Source of the DNA: Octopus vulgaris
Taxonomy: Eukaryota
Assembly: GCA_951406725.2 (NCBI GenBank)
Contig: OX597833.1
Span: 60,140,001 to 60,204,000, forward strand
Length of the DNA stretch: 64,000 bases
Direction of reading: 5' to 3'
Every line of letters begins with the position of its first letter. Position 1 is the stretch's first letter. Shown piece after piece: positions 27,509 to 42,415 of the stretch. A program made the position numbers and the translations under genes. The notes beneath the pieces were generated by a model. It was not told the origin of the DNA. It worked only from the letters and a program-made list of their open reading frames with translations, and ran no database searches.

Positions 27509-28111
27509 TAAGACAGCATGCTGGCAGAAGCGTTAGCTTGTTGGGCGAAATGCTTAGCGGTATTTCGTCTGCCGTTACGTTCTGAGTTCAAATTCCGCCG
27601 AGGTCGACTTTGCCTTTCATCCTTTCGGGGTCGATAAATTAAGTACCAGTTACGCACTGGGGGTCGATGTAATCGACTTAATCCGTTTGTCTGTCCTTGT
27701 TTGTCCCCTCTATGTTTAGCCCCTTGTGGGTAGTAAAGAAATAGGTATTTCATCTGCTGTTACGTTCTGAGTTCAAATTCCACCGAGGTCAACTTTACCT
27801 TTCATCCTTTCGGGGTTGATAAAATAAGTACCAGTTGCGCACTGGGGTCGATGTAATCGACCCAATCCCTTTGCCTGTCCTTGTTTGTCCCCTCTATGTT
27901 TAGCCCCTTGTGGGTAGTAAAGAAATAGGTATTTCATCTGCCGTTACGTTCTGAGTTCAAATTCCGCCGAGGTCAACTTTACCTTTCATCCTTTCGGGGT
28001 TGATAAAATAAGTACCAGTTGTGCACTGGGGTCGATGTAATCAACCCAATCCCTTTGCCTGTCCTTGTTTGTCCCCTCTATGTTTAGCCCCTTGTGGGCA
28101 ATAAAGAAATA
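27509..28111 (+). mobile_element. tRNA-SINE family B: one head plus three tandem ~184-bp bodies, 15-bp TSD
   Basis: TSD AAACATTACTTCTCA at 27494-27508 and 28112-28126; B-box GAGTTCAAATTCC in each unit. Confidence 0.88.
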
Positions 28112-29134
28112 AAACATTACTTCTCAGTATAGTTACAGCTTTCATCTCTTATAGAGATTTTTTCAACTAGTTAATTTACCTGATGAGTGTACATATTCTT
28201 CAGGTATTCAAACTGTATTTTTAAAAATCACTTGTATCAACTTGGTTACATCAGCAGGCTCAAAGTCCCACATCAATTGAATCAACCTCAGCGAAAAGTT
28301 TTCCAATTTGTGATTCTTTGCAGAAACATAAAGAAAATTACCCTTTGAAGAGAAAGGTGACAGAAGGTGGAAAATGGATCATCTATAGCAATGGAAGGGT
28401 CAAATGATCAAGAGAAAGTTAAATTCTTGGTTAAATTCAAGGGACATTTATGTATACATGAGGAAAACACACTAACAAACACAAATGCTACACACGTAGT
28501 ACCACCACACATATTCTATTTTCACAAGCACACCAACTTTAAAGATACCCATATTTCTCATAAACTCTTTTCCAGAAAACTCTTGCTGACGTGCAACAAA
28601 ACCACCCCCAGAGTTGATGCTTTTGATCCATGCTCAAGTCATTTCATCATCTTTTTTACAGCAACCACAAACCAGATGTGTCTATTCACCTCTAACAGTA
28701 GAGAGCAGTTACCACATTTCATTCCATTAACAACTACCTCTGAAGAGCAAAGGGTTACATAACTGGACTGTTACCTAACAGTCTGTTGAACCCCTGGTGA
28801 GAAACCAATTGGTAAGATCGGCCATAATGGATAAATAGTATTACTGTATATTTTGATTAACGTGTGTGTGTGTGTGTGTGTCTTTGTGTCTGTGTTTGTC
28901 GCCCATCACTACTTGACAACCAGTGCTGGTGTGTTTATATCCCTGTAACTTAGCAGTTTGGCAAAAGAAACCAATAGAATAAGTACCAGGCTTTAAAAGA
29001 ATAATTACTGGGGTCGATTCATTTGCCTAACACTTCTTCCTGCCTGTGTCCCAGCATGTCCGTAGTCTAATAAATGAAAAGAGTAAAATATAAAAGATAA
29101 AAGATATACTCCCTTCTATTTAATGAGGACACAA

Positions 29135-29785
29135 GATGGGTGCTAAAAAGTTCCTGGCTTGGGGTAAAAGTAAACTCAGGAGGATCAGTTACTCTTTACT
29201 CTTTTACTCTTTTACTTGTTTCAGTCATTTGACTGCGGCCATGCTGGAGCACCGCCTTTTTTAATCGAGCAACTCGAACCCGGGACTTATTCTTTTTTAA
29301 GCCCAGTACTTATTCTATCGGTCTCTTTTGCCGAACCGCTAAGTGACGGGGACATAAACACACCAGCATCGGTTGTCAAGCAATGCTAGGGGGACAAACA
29401 CAGACACACAAACATACAGGCACACATATATATATATATACATATATATGACAGGCTTCTTTCAGTTTCCATCTACCAAATCCACTCACAAGGCATTGGT
29501 CGGCCCGAAGCTATAGTAGAAGACACTTGCCCAAGGTGCCACGCAGTGGGACTGAACCCGGAACCATGTGATTGGTAAACAAGCTACTTACCACACAGCC
29601 ACACCTGCGCCTAGTTAATTATGATTTTATTCAACATATTCCCCCTCTCAGATTCACACACTGCAGCAGCCCTTCAGTTTTTCTAAACCCTATAAAAGAA
29701 CTCAGAAGGTTGGACCTCCAGCCAGGCCTTTCATGAGACCCTTTAAATACCCTTTAAAGCCAGGAATTTATCAGCACCCCTCATA
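29135..29785. mobile_element. Mariner-like MITE interrupted by a family A SINE (29195-29612)
   Basis: Inverted termini gggtgctaaaaagttcctggctt / aagccaggaatttatcagcaccc. Confidence 0.6.
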
Positions 29786-29839
29786 TGAGTGTTTGTGAAT
29801 GTCTGTATATGAATGTACTTGTACATTGCTGGTTTTGTT

Positions 29840-30024
29840 CATTATTTACATTTGACAGATATTTGTCCTCGTCTTGTTTGTTGTTAATACAACATTTCGG
29901 CTGATATACCCTCCAGCCTTCATCAGGTGTCTTGGGGCATATGGCATAGTGGTTAAGAGTGTGGGCTACTAACCCCGAGATTCCGAGTTCGATTCCAGGC
30001 AGTGACCTGAATAAAAATAAAAAT

Positions 30025-30084
<60 letters not shown>

Positions 30085-30109
30085 TATAGTAATAATAATA
30101 GTAATAACA

Positions 30110-30161
<52 letters not shown>

Positions 30162-30167
30162 TAATAA

Positions 30168-30198
<31 letters not shown>

Positions 30199-30247
30199 AA
30201 ACAAATAAATAGAAGAGTGCCATATCATGTGAAATTCGTTGAACGAT

Positions 30248-30289
<42 letters not shown>

Positions 30290-30529
30290 TATTATTATTA
30301 TTATTATTATCCTTATTATTATTATTATAACAACATCGAAAAATACCTTAGGAATGAGAACCCAGGTTCGAAATTTCACCAAGACACTTGATGAAGGCTG
30401 GAGGGTATATCAGCCAAGACGTGTTAACAACAAACAAGATGAAGACAAATATCCGTAAAAATGTAAACAATGTAAATAATGTAAATAATGTAAATAATGT
30501 ACATAATTCCTCATCTCTTAAATATAGAA
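29840..30529 (+). mobile_element. tRNA-headed SINE-like element with (AAT)n middle and hammerhead-bearing tail, preceded by an inverted copy of its own tail; 11-bp TSD
   Basis: A-box 29942-29952, B-box 29987-29996; 29843-29937 is the reverse complement of ~30379-30480; TSD CTGGTTTTGTT at 29829-29839 and 30530-30540. Confidence 0.78.
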
Positions 30530-30991
30530 CTGGTTTTGTTGTTTCTCCCCAGGCCACCTCTGTTTCAACACACCTGTGAGTAAAAGCATTCAAAAAATTA
30601 TGAGGCATGTTCTGTTCTAAGATGAAAGGGTGTGATTTGAGGGTTACTTATTTGCCTTTTTCAGGATATCGAATGACCATGCCAAGTCGTGGTGTATTTA
30701 CGCTTGTGTGGTGTAGATGTGCAAGTGTGTGTGTCTGTGTGTGTGCACGTGTATGATTGTGTGCACATGTATGATTGTGTGCGGTGTGAAAGTGTTATCT
30801 ATATGCAAAAGAAAGGAGTGATAAAGACAAGGCAGGCAGCGGAAGTCAATAGGAAAGACTTGAAGTTTCTCAGGCTGTAAATGTTGCTATTGTTGACTGT
30901 TGTAATGTTGCCACTACACAACAACGTGACATATCCAAAAACCACAATGATAGTAACAAAGACAAGAGCATTTGTAAATAATAATAATGAT

Positions 30992-31022
<31 letters not shown>

Positions 31023-31081
31023 GTTTAACGTCCGTTCTCCATGCTAGCATGGGTTGGACGGTTCAACCGGGGATCTGACAA

Positions 31082-31249
31082 CAGGAGTGGCTGTGTGGTA
31101 AGTAGCTTGCTAACCAACCACATGGTTCCGGGTTCAGTCCCACTGCGTGGCATCTTGGGCAAGTGTCTTCTGCTATAGCCCCGGGCCGACCAATGCCTTG
31201 TGAGTGGATTTGGTAGATGGAAACTGAAAGAAGCCTGTCGTATATATGC

Positions 31250-31283
<34 letters not shown>

Positions 31284-31497
31284 TTGTGTGTCTGTGTTTG
31301 TCCCCTTAGCATTGCTTGACAACCGATGCTGGTGTGTTTACGTCCCTGTCACTTAGCGGTTCGGCAAAAGAGACCGATAGAATAAGTACTGGGATTACAA
31401 AAGAATAAGTCCCGGGGTCGAGTTGTTCGATTAAAAGGCGGTGCTCCAGCATGGCCACAGTCAAATGACTGAAACAAGTAAAAGAGTAAAAGAGTAA
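31082..31497 (+). mobile_element. tRNA-derived SINE family A, full length
   Basis: Head gtggctgtgtggtaag..ggttcagtccc, body and gtaaaaga tail. Confidence 0.88.
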
Positions 31498-32259
31498 TTG
31501 CTTACAGTGTGGTACAGTTCCGGAGTGGATTATGGAGAGAAAGACATTTTCGCCATCTCTAACCATCTGTCACTCTCTTCTGCCACTTTCCTCTCACATC
31601 TTATTAAATTACTCATTCTTTCCCTTCGCCACTGATCCATTATCTATTTTCTCCCTTATACTCACCTTCTAGTTCAATTTTGTTGAAATTTTATTCACAT
31701 TAAATAAGTACCAGTTACGCACTGGGGGGTCGATGTAATCGACTTAATCCCTTTGTCTGTCCTTGTTTGCCCCCTCTGTGTTTAGCCCCTTGTGGGTAGT
31801 AAAGAAATAGGAACTGAAAGAAGCTCATTGTGTGTGTGTGTGTGTGGGTGTGTGTGTGGGTGTGTATGTGTGTGTGTGTATGTGTGTGTGTGTGTGTGGG
31901 TGTGTGTGTGTGTGTGTGTGTGAATGCGTGTGTCTGTGAATGCGTGTGTCTATGTTTGTCCCCCACCATCACTTGACAACCGATGTTTGTGTGCTTACAT
32001 ACCTGTAACTTCGTGGTTCAGCAAAAGAGATCAATGGAATAATGCCATGTTTATTAAAAAAAAAAAATCAGCACTGGGGTTGATTCGTTCAACTAAAAAA
32101 AGAATTCTCGAAGTCAGTGCTCCAGTATGACCACAGTCTATTGACTGACGCAAGTAAAAGAAAAGATTATATAAAAAGCATAAGTCTGGTGCAGACTTCA
32201 GCCTGGCCGGCTCTTGTGGTACCATTCCACCCATGCTAGCATGGAACACAGACATTAAA

Positions 32260-32384
32260 TGATGATGACGACGACGATGACGACGGTGATGATGATGATG
32301 ATGCTGATGATGATGACGATGATGATGATGACGACGATTATGATGATGATGATGCTGATGATGATGATGATGACGACGACGATT

Positions 32385-32433
<49 letters not shown>

Positions 32434-32434
32434 C

Positions 32435-32481
<47 letters not shown>

Positions 32482-32488
32482 CGACGAC

Positions 32489-32520
<32 letters not shown>

Positions 32521-32617
32521 CGACGATTATGATGATGATGATGGTGATGATGACGATAACGATGATGATGATGATGATGCTGGTGATGATGATGATGATG
32601 ATGATGACGACGATGAC

Positions 32618-32655
<38 letters not shown>

Positions 32656-32663
32656 CGACGATT

Positions 32664-32709
<46 letters not shown>

Positions 32710-32745
32710 CGACGACGACGACGATGATGATGATGATGATGATGA
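32260..32745. repeat. (GAT/GAC)n microsatellite, expanded SINE tail
   Basis: Direct reading; follows ccatgctagcatgg..ttaaat. Confidence 0.93.
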
Positions 32746-33215
32746 ATGGTGAAACATCCTGAAACTACAGCATTCACTCCTTTCTTTCAAAAAATGGGCG
32801 GTTTCCGAGTATAAAGGAAATTTTTTCCCCTTATTCCCATATATATATAAGTTTCTGTGTCAAAAAGGACAATAAGGAAACAGTTAGTCAATGAAACTGG
32901 GAGGGTTGCTATTATAGAAGTATTATAGGACCTACACGAAAATAATAAACAAGAAAAGAATGGGAAAGTATAGAAAGAATAAAATGAATGCAATATAATC
33001 TTTGTCAGTTGCTTGTCTGTCGAGGTTTTATATTCAAATGGGTTTCCCTTCTCAGGTTTTCTATCAATTTGGAATGTGTCTTTCTTTTTCATTCCCACTG
33101 GATAAAGGGTATTTATGGCTGTCTGTGTTGTAATATACAATGTAAGACAAACGATAACATTCTCCCTTCTCAGTCTCATATGGTAACTCACAATGTGTGT
33201 TTGTGTGTGTGTAGA

Positions 33216-35030
<1,815 letters not shown>

Positions 35031-35649
35031 GTATACATATATGTATGTATGTATATATATATACATGTGTGTATATACACATGCACACACGCACACACAC
35101 ACCTACATATTTATATACACATACATAAATACATATTTCCAAGCAAAGTAAGGCTTCCCGGTGGCCCATGGCTGAACATGTGAATGTGTTTACGTAGAGG
35201 ATTCATTTCTATGATGGTGACACTTGCTTAAACTATCATATTATGCCAAAGCAAGGAGACACACACATACATACCGTGCCGGTGGCACGTAAAAAGCACC
35301 ATCCGATCGTGGCCATTGCCAGCCTCGCCTGGCCTCCGTGACGGTGAACATAAAAAGTAGCATCCGATCGTGGCCGTTTGCCAGCCTCGCCTGGCCTCCG
35401 TGCCGGTGGAACGTAAAAAGTACCATCCGATCGTGGCCGTTTGCCAGCTTCGTCAGGCACGTAAAAAGCACCCACTACACTCATGGAGTGATTGGCATTA
35501 GGAAGGGCATCCAGCTGTAGAAACATTGCCAGATCAGACTGGGCCTGGCTTCCCAGACCCCAGTTGCACCGTCCAACCCATGCCAGCATGGAAAGCGGAC
35601 GCTAAACGATAATGATGATGATGATGATATATATATATATATATATATA

Positions 35650-36305
35650 CAGGGGTTGGACAAAATAAAGGAAACACCTTAAAATTTCAAACAAACTTAA
35701 TTTAATATGGGGTAGGACCACCTTTGGCAGTAATTGCAACTTGAATTCTACAAGGTATGAAACTCATACAAAGTTTGAATTGTTTCCAAGTCTGGGTCAA
35801 ATGCTTCTTTTGGCTGTCTCCACACATATACTCAGCCGGTGGTCAGAAATAAGGCAAAGGATGACTCGTCTGAGAAAATAACATTCTTCCACTGCTCTAG
35901 GGATCAATTCTGTAGGTTTTTACTCCACTCTAAACAGTTTGCAACATTTGTTTTTGAAAGTAGTGGTTTTCTGATTGCAGCCCTCTCGTGAAATCCAGCT
36001 TTGTGCAGCTCCCAGCAAACAGTTTTTGTGGAAACTGGGTTCTTGAGGTGGTCATTAAGCTCTGCAGTAATTTTGGGAGCTGTACTTTTGTGATAATTTC
36101 ACATAAGAGTCCGACGGTCCCTATCTGAAAATTTTGGTTTTCTTCCGGAGTTTTGTTTCAACAAGGAGATTTTTCCCTCTTTCTCAAAGGCTGTCATTAC
36201 TTTTGAGACAGTATTTCTTGATACACCAAGCATTTCGGCTGTTTTCATTATGCTAGCACCTGCCATACGAGCACCAATAATTTGGTCTCTTTGAAAGTCC
36301 GATTA
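35650..36305 (-). mobile_element. Truncated, internally deleted Tc1 copy
   Basis: TIR at 35650; homologous to 16983-18255 in reverse, with a deletion junction near 35790. Confidence 0.88.
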
Positions 36306-36732
36306 AACAAGGGTTAAACAAGAATATTGTTGACAATGACTTCACAGTTTCAGCTAGTTAATCCATCATTGGACTGCAATGTATTAGAGCTAATCTTGGC
36401 TTTATATAGTCTCTGCTGAGTTAAAGTCTTCCTTGGGTATGTGGGTTTGGGTAGAGTGGTAATTATGTTTTAGGGTGAGTTGTTATAAAGGGCTGTTTTA
36501 AATTTGGAGTTATGTTACTTATTCTTCTATTCTTTTACTTGTTTCAGTTATTTGACTGCGGCCATGCTGGAGCACTACCTTTAGTTGAACAAATCAACCC
36601 CAGGACTTATTCTTTGTAAGTCTAGTACTTATTCTATCAGTCTTTTTCACCAAACTGCTAAGTTACAGGAATGTAAACACACTAACATCTGTTGTCAAGC
36701 AATGGAGGTGGGACAAATACAGACACACAAAC

Positions 36733-36769
<37 letters not shown>

Positions 36770-37511
36770 TGAAATGCGTTTGGACCACTTGGATAGCTTT
36801 CAAGGCCACTACATCCCGTCGGATTGGCTCCAAAATTTACAGGGACATGTAAAATGAGGTGACGATGCCCATGGGCTACGTTAGAAATCCCTATCTTAAA
36901 AGGTGTCGTTGCTAGGGCCAAAAGCCCACTTTGACAAGTCCACTCCCATTCTTTAATGTATCTGTCTTCCTCACTCACGCTATTTCCTCCATTCCCCTCT
37001 AACTCCCCTTCACTTTCCCTTTATAAGTTCGTCACACGGCATTCTTTATCTCGCTGTCTGCATTCATAGAGAGAATTATCATCGCCACAACAACACACAA
37101 TCATGAGAACAAATATTATGAATCAGATATTTCTTGCGTTCATTTATATATGTGTGTGTGTGTGTGTGTTCTATATATAAATATGTATATATAATGTATA
37201 TATACAAAGTGTATATATCTGTATTTATGTATATTAAACTTTTTAATACTTTTTGATAGTTATATATATTTTAAAACAAATTATAAATATAATTTAATAA
37301 TTTTTATTTTAAATTTAAATAATTTAAATTTTTCAATTTTATATTTTCTATATTTTCTATATTATATTTTTATTTTTATGTTTTTGTCTTTGGTTTTTCA
37401 CTGTTTGATTTGCCTATTAGTGGTTTTATCTCTAATTTAATTTATACATATATATATATATAATTTGTATACATTTGTATATATAATGCGTGCACACACA
37501 CACACACACAC

Positions 37512-37566
<55 letters not shown>

Positions 37567-38191
37567 GTGTGCATTATGTGGTCGGTCGGTTCAGCTGAAA
37601 ATATGCACACCTATGTTAAAAGTGCTGGCAAGTTTGCATGACAATTATTTTTTTCCTCAAATGAAACCGATCGTTGCCGCTCCGAGCCCCCCTGGCACCT
37701 GTGCCGGCAGCACGAAAAAGCACCCACTACACTCACAGAGTGGTTGGCGTTAGGAAGGTCATCCACCTGTAGAAACACTGCCAGATCAGACTGGAGCCTG
37801 GTGCAGCCTCCTGGCTTCCCAGACTTTTGGTTTTATTAGATTTAATCCTTTGCTTTGATACTGTAATAGTCAAAGGTACAAAGTCCAATATTAAAGACTT
37901 TAATAATCAGGTGTGTCAACATTTTTTGTAATGGAATTTTTTACAGGTTCACAAAAGAATATAAGTAGGCGGTATATTTTAGTTGATCAGTTTCTTTACT
38001 TGTTGTAGTTGTTATGTAGTATATTTCCTATTTTTATTTGGAGGATTGTGGTTATTAATCAGGTATATCATGGTGTTGTTAGTATAGAAAAATGTTCCCC
38101 TTATGCTTTCATGTTCACAGAAGGATTTGGTTAGATGCAGAGGTCGTTGGTCAGCATGTCTCTCTCCAGAAGTTCGTTGTTTTATAAGCAA

Positions 38192-38706
38192 CTAGCAGTA
38201 TCGCCCGGCGTTGCTCGGGTTTGTAAGGGAAATAACTATATAAGCATTTTTAGAGAGTTACTTCCCTTATAGATGCCAATTTGGGCTTTCTTAGCCATTT
38301 CTGTTTTGGTGTCTTCAAGCCATGAAGTCGTTGTTCTAAAAGAACGCTGGTCTCCTTGACAACGCTTTACGACGTTAATTTCCTTACACTCCCTTCCCCA
38401 CAGCTTCACGAGGGAGGGAAGAAGGGGGAGAAGCAAACAGGTGCAGGTGTTTGACCATGGACGCCAACTCCGCCGCCATCGGCACACGAAAAATTATGCA
38501 TTAAAATGGAATAAAAAATGATGTTAAATTATTTTTAAAATCGTAGACTCGTCGTAGACGCGCGCTAATACTCAGACGGGCTCGATATGAATCACGACTA
38601 TAAGATACCCGAATTTGGTTAAACTGCACCGCAAAATGTGGGAGTAGTTAGGAATCTAAATCGAAGGGGACAGACACTCACACAACTACAGTTTTATATA
38701 TATAGA
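38192..38706 (-). mobile_element. Non-autonomous Helitron
   Basis: On the minus strand: 5' TC, 3' hairpin CCCGAGCAACGCCGGG then CTAG, inserted between A and T; related copies at 42416-42808 and 44296-44602. Confidence 0.8.
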
Positions 38707-38985
38707 TTTGATTAGTACATAGAGGTTTTAATCCTTACATTTTATTGAGGTAGAGTTTGTTTACTGCGTGCCAATCAATATTTCTTCAATTCTGTTTCAG
38801 ATGTGGGTATTTTATAATATATTAATTAAGGCCTCTGGATATATCTGAAAGTAGGGCATTACAAAGGAGGTGTTTCATAAAGATGTTTGACGAAAATGTC
38901 TGATGAAAATGTTTCTAAACATATTAGATGAAAATGTTTGATGAAAATACTTGTTGAATATGTTTGATGAAAAGGTTTGGTGAAT

Positions 38986-39237
38986 GTTGAAGATTTCTAG
39001 CTCCCCTTCCTCCCCTTCACCGTCTCAAATCCCCCTCCCTGGAATGTTGAAGATTTCTACCTCCCCTTCACCCTCTCAATTCCCCCTCTCTGATATGTTG
39101 AAGGAAGGGGAGGTAGAAATCTTCAACATTCCAGAGAGGGGGATTTGAGAGAGTGAAGGGGAGGTAGAAATCTTCAACATTCCAGAGAGGGGGGTTTGAG
39201 AGAGTGAAGGAGAGGAAGGGGAGGTAGAAATCTTCAA
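38986..39237. repeat. Foldback built from ~50-60-bp tandem units in opposite orientations
   Basis: ttgaagatttctacctccccttc units followed by their reverse complements gaaggggaggtagaaatcttcaa. Confidence 0.85.
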
Positions 39238-40038
39238 TTTGAACTCAGAACGTAACGGCAGACGAAATATGGCTACGTATTTCACCCAGCGTGCTAACGC
39301 TTCTGCCAGCTCGCCACCTAATGGGAGCGAATCCTTGCCAACTTATAGCACACGACGGGATCACCAGATCAAATGGTTTCGAGCTATTTGCGCCCATTGT
39401 CAGTGGTGAGCACCCTGCCACTAGAGACAGCAGTAATTCGCTCCTATCCACAATATATAGATATGGGGGATCTTTTCATTTTGAAGGCCAGATTTTCCTA
39501 GTTAACTAAACAATTTGAAACTTCGTATACTGGTAGAATGTGTCAAAAGAAAACATTATTGTAAACAAAATTGAAAACAAAATTGTAATTCGTAAATTAA
39601 ACGTAGTTTAATTTTAAGAATTTTAACCAATGAAATCGCAGCATTCGAGCTCAAATTATTTACCTCTTCTCTGTCTTCTACATGTGTTAGAAATAACAGC
39701 TATATCTCTTAAATCGATTAATTTCGTCGCCCAATAAAAATATTAACGATATTTTTTGAATATTTTATTTTATTTTTTTTTACCGAAAAGGCTTCTCCCA
39801 TGGTTTTGAAGGGCCAGAAACAACAAAAACAAAACAATAATATGCCTAAATAGGTCTCGAGTTTGCGCGTGAAGTGTGAGTAATATTGTAAAAATTTGCG
39901 ACATGAAAAGATCCGAGATGGGGTTAAGATAGGGAGCAACGGCGATCAGCCACAATAGTGTGGCGACAGACATCACTTCTACGTATATTTACTGCTTTCA
40001 TCTCTCATAGAGATTTTATAAAAGCCTACTTTTCTCGT

Positions 40039-40089
<51 letters not shown>

Positions 40090-40112
40090 CTGTGAGTGTG
40101 ATTTCTGATATA

Positions 40113-40345
40113 AAGGCGGCGAGCTGGCAGAACTGTTAGCACGCCGGGCGAAATGCGTAGCAGTATTTCGTCTGCCGTTACGTTCTGGGTTCAAATTCCG
40201 CCGTGGTCGACTTTGCCTTTCATCCTTTCGGGGTCGATAAATTAAGTACCAGTTACGCACTGGGGTCGAAATAGTCGACTTAATCCGTTTGTCTGTCCTC
40301 GTTTGTCCCCTCTGTGTTTAGCCCCTTGTGGGTAGTAAAGAAATA
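40113..40345 (+). mobile_element. tRNA-SINE family B, monomer
   Basis: Same head and body as 27509-28111. Confidence 0.88.
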
Positions 40346-40769
40346 CATATAAGATTTATAATCTTAGAAGTTCCTACAACACATTACATACAACTTAGGA
40401 CCAAGTACATCTTCAGTCTTTGTGAGGTCTTACTACACTGAATTACATGAACCCAAGAACCAACCGGTCGTGTCAAGCTGGAGTGTAAGTCATACAACTT
40501 TTAGTTGAACGTAACTACGCTTCATTATATACAGCTTTGTTTCATGGAGGAGGAAAGATCTTCTTTAGTACTTGGTTGTACAATGCTTTCCAATGTGTGT
40601 AGTAGCGGCGCGCGCACACATTTTTAGCCATTTCAAAAGACTGTGGAATTTATAATCAACTGCACCAGGGTTCCTCTTCCCCAGGGAACCAGACTTACTG
40701 GTATACATGTGGATGTAGGTCCAGCCCCTGCTTTGCTGGGTCCTGTCTCTGATCACGTTGCACCTACAA

Positions 40770-40935
40770 GGGCATCCAATGATACCAGAGGGCGCACACT
40801 CTCCAACTCTGATGTAATCTCCAGGGATACAGGCATCCAGCAACAGGAACTCCATAATGCTATGATGGACCGTGAAGTCTGGCATAACATAGTAAATTCC
40901 ATTGTCTCGACCACGGTCGAACAATGATGATGACG
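40770..40935 (+). mobile_element. RTE-clade LINE 3' fragment
   Basis: DVISRDTGIQQQELHNAMMDREVW motif followed by a (TGA)n tail. Confidence 0.65.
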
Positions 40936-41338
40936 ATATACAGACATACTGCCTGTTGAATTTTAGGTCTAAATATTTGATTTAAAGGTAGAGCGCTGAT
41001 CAAAATGCTTTATAGCATCTACTGTAGCCCTGTTTTGGCCAATTGCTGTTTATTTAAACTCTGTATAAATAAAAAGAAATGTATTTGTTTTGTATAATTA
41101 TAATTTGAAAATATTCAAGCACTCGAAAGCTTTTCGTATGCTCTATTACCCTTCCAGTTGTCATTTTATTTTCATTTTTCTCCCATCAACCAAGCGTGAC
41201 CGACAAGAAAATTGTGCTTTATTATATGCACTTCACCTAGGTATTTCTGTTTTCTTTATATTTTCTTTATATTTTTATACACTTTTAAAAACCAGCTTTC
41301 GAGTAGGTCAATGCGGAAGTAAAATGTTTTTACAGAAG

Positions 41339-41585
41339 TCTTTCACTTTTACTCATTTAGTTGGTGACATTAACGGGCGTTGTTATTATTTTCTGAGATT
41401 CCCAAAACAGTTTTTATTATTTCTTAATTATTTTACTTCTTCAATCTCGACTATTTTACTTTATTAATCCCTTCACAACTTCCAGCATTCCAATATGACC
41501 TGGTTTCCAGAGAGGAACACTTGCACAAAAAGTGACACTCTCTCCGTATATAATATTCGTTGCCATATATTTACCCTTCTGAGAA
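41339..41585. promoter_or_regulatory. Candidate IRF-type site (TTTCACTTTT, 41341-41350) and GAS/STAT site (TTCTGAGAA, 41577-41585) upstream of the IFIT-like gene
   Basis: Short motif matches only; such motifs are frequent by chance in AT-rich DNA. Confidence 0.25.
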
Positions 41586-41762
41586 GCTTGGATAGAGATC
41601 GGATATAGATATTGACTGTTATTATTCATTATATCATTTCTACAAATTGACCTTTCTTCATTGCACGAATACAACAGAAAGCATAATTTCACAAAAAGAA
41701 AACGTACAAATTTTGTTGTCCAAAGAAAATTTGCCTTTTTATATACACACAGCTATAAAGGA

Positions 41763-41813
41763 ATGCCTGAAGAAATGCAGAAAATAACTGGGAAAATGCA
41801 GGAACTTCTACTG
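41763..41813 (+). CDS. Coding exon 1 of the IFIT-like TPR gene (MPEEMQKITGKMQELLL)
   Basis: ATG at 41763, donor GTGAGT at 41814, phase 0 matching the acceptor at 44912. Confidence 0.65.
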
Positions 41814-42415
41814 GTGAGTATATCAATATATACACTCGCATGAACAAATGTATACTAATACCTATTCTTGCAGAATGTGTGCGTACATGTATGCTAATTC
41901 ATTTTCCTTATAGAGAGATCGTATAGATAAACACCAAGAGAAGAAGGACTGGATTTAACACCAATCTTTTATTTACAGGAAGTCAAAATATATACAATTA
42001 ATTTATCACAACATAATAGTGATAGGGAAAATTGCAGCACTTATCATAAAGAACAAAAACATTTTTTAAAAAGAATCTGTCGCGAGAATGACGACAGGAA
42101 AAATTCCTTAACTAGTTCTTCAAAACTACTCTAAGAAGGTTGAGAAAAGCATGACATAAGGTCATGAACAATGCAAAATAGCATTGCCAGAATGAGTGAT
42201 GAAGTTCCAAGTGGCAAACTAAGTATCCCTGAATAATTTCCCCAAAATCAGGGCTTTTATAAATGCCGTAAACCTGATTCTAAGAACCTTTCTTCATGGA
42301 AAAGAAACTTTTCACGAAGATTAGAATCGCGGCCAAGGAAAAAGTGTAAGACAAACAAAAGACAGCCGACATGATTATGACTTCATGTTGCTGCTAAAGT
42401 CTTATAACTGCTACA

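Noticed and set aside
28367-28762. 131-aa non-repetitive ORF
   Set aside because: GTG start, no recognisable motif or splice pairing; probably a decayed TE or chance
29934-30008. Possible tRNA gene
   Set aside because: A/B boxes are present but the acceptor stem and cloverleaf are imperfect; it is the head of a TSD-flanked element
32031-32777. Poly-His/poly-Met ORFs (also 6745-7260 and 4486-4803)
   Set aside because: Translations of (CAT/GAT)n microsatellites
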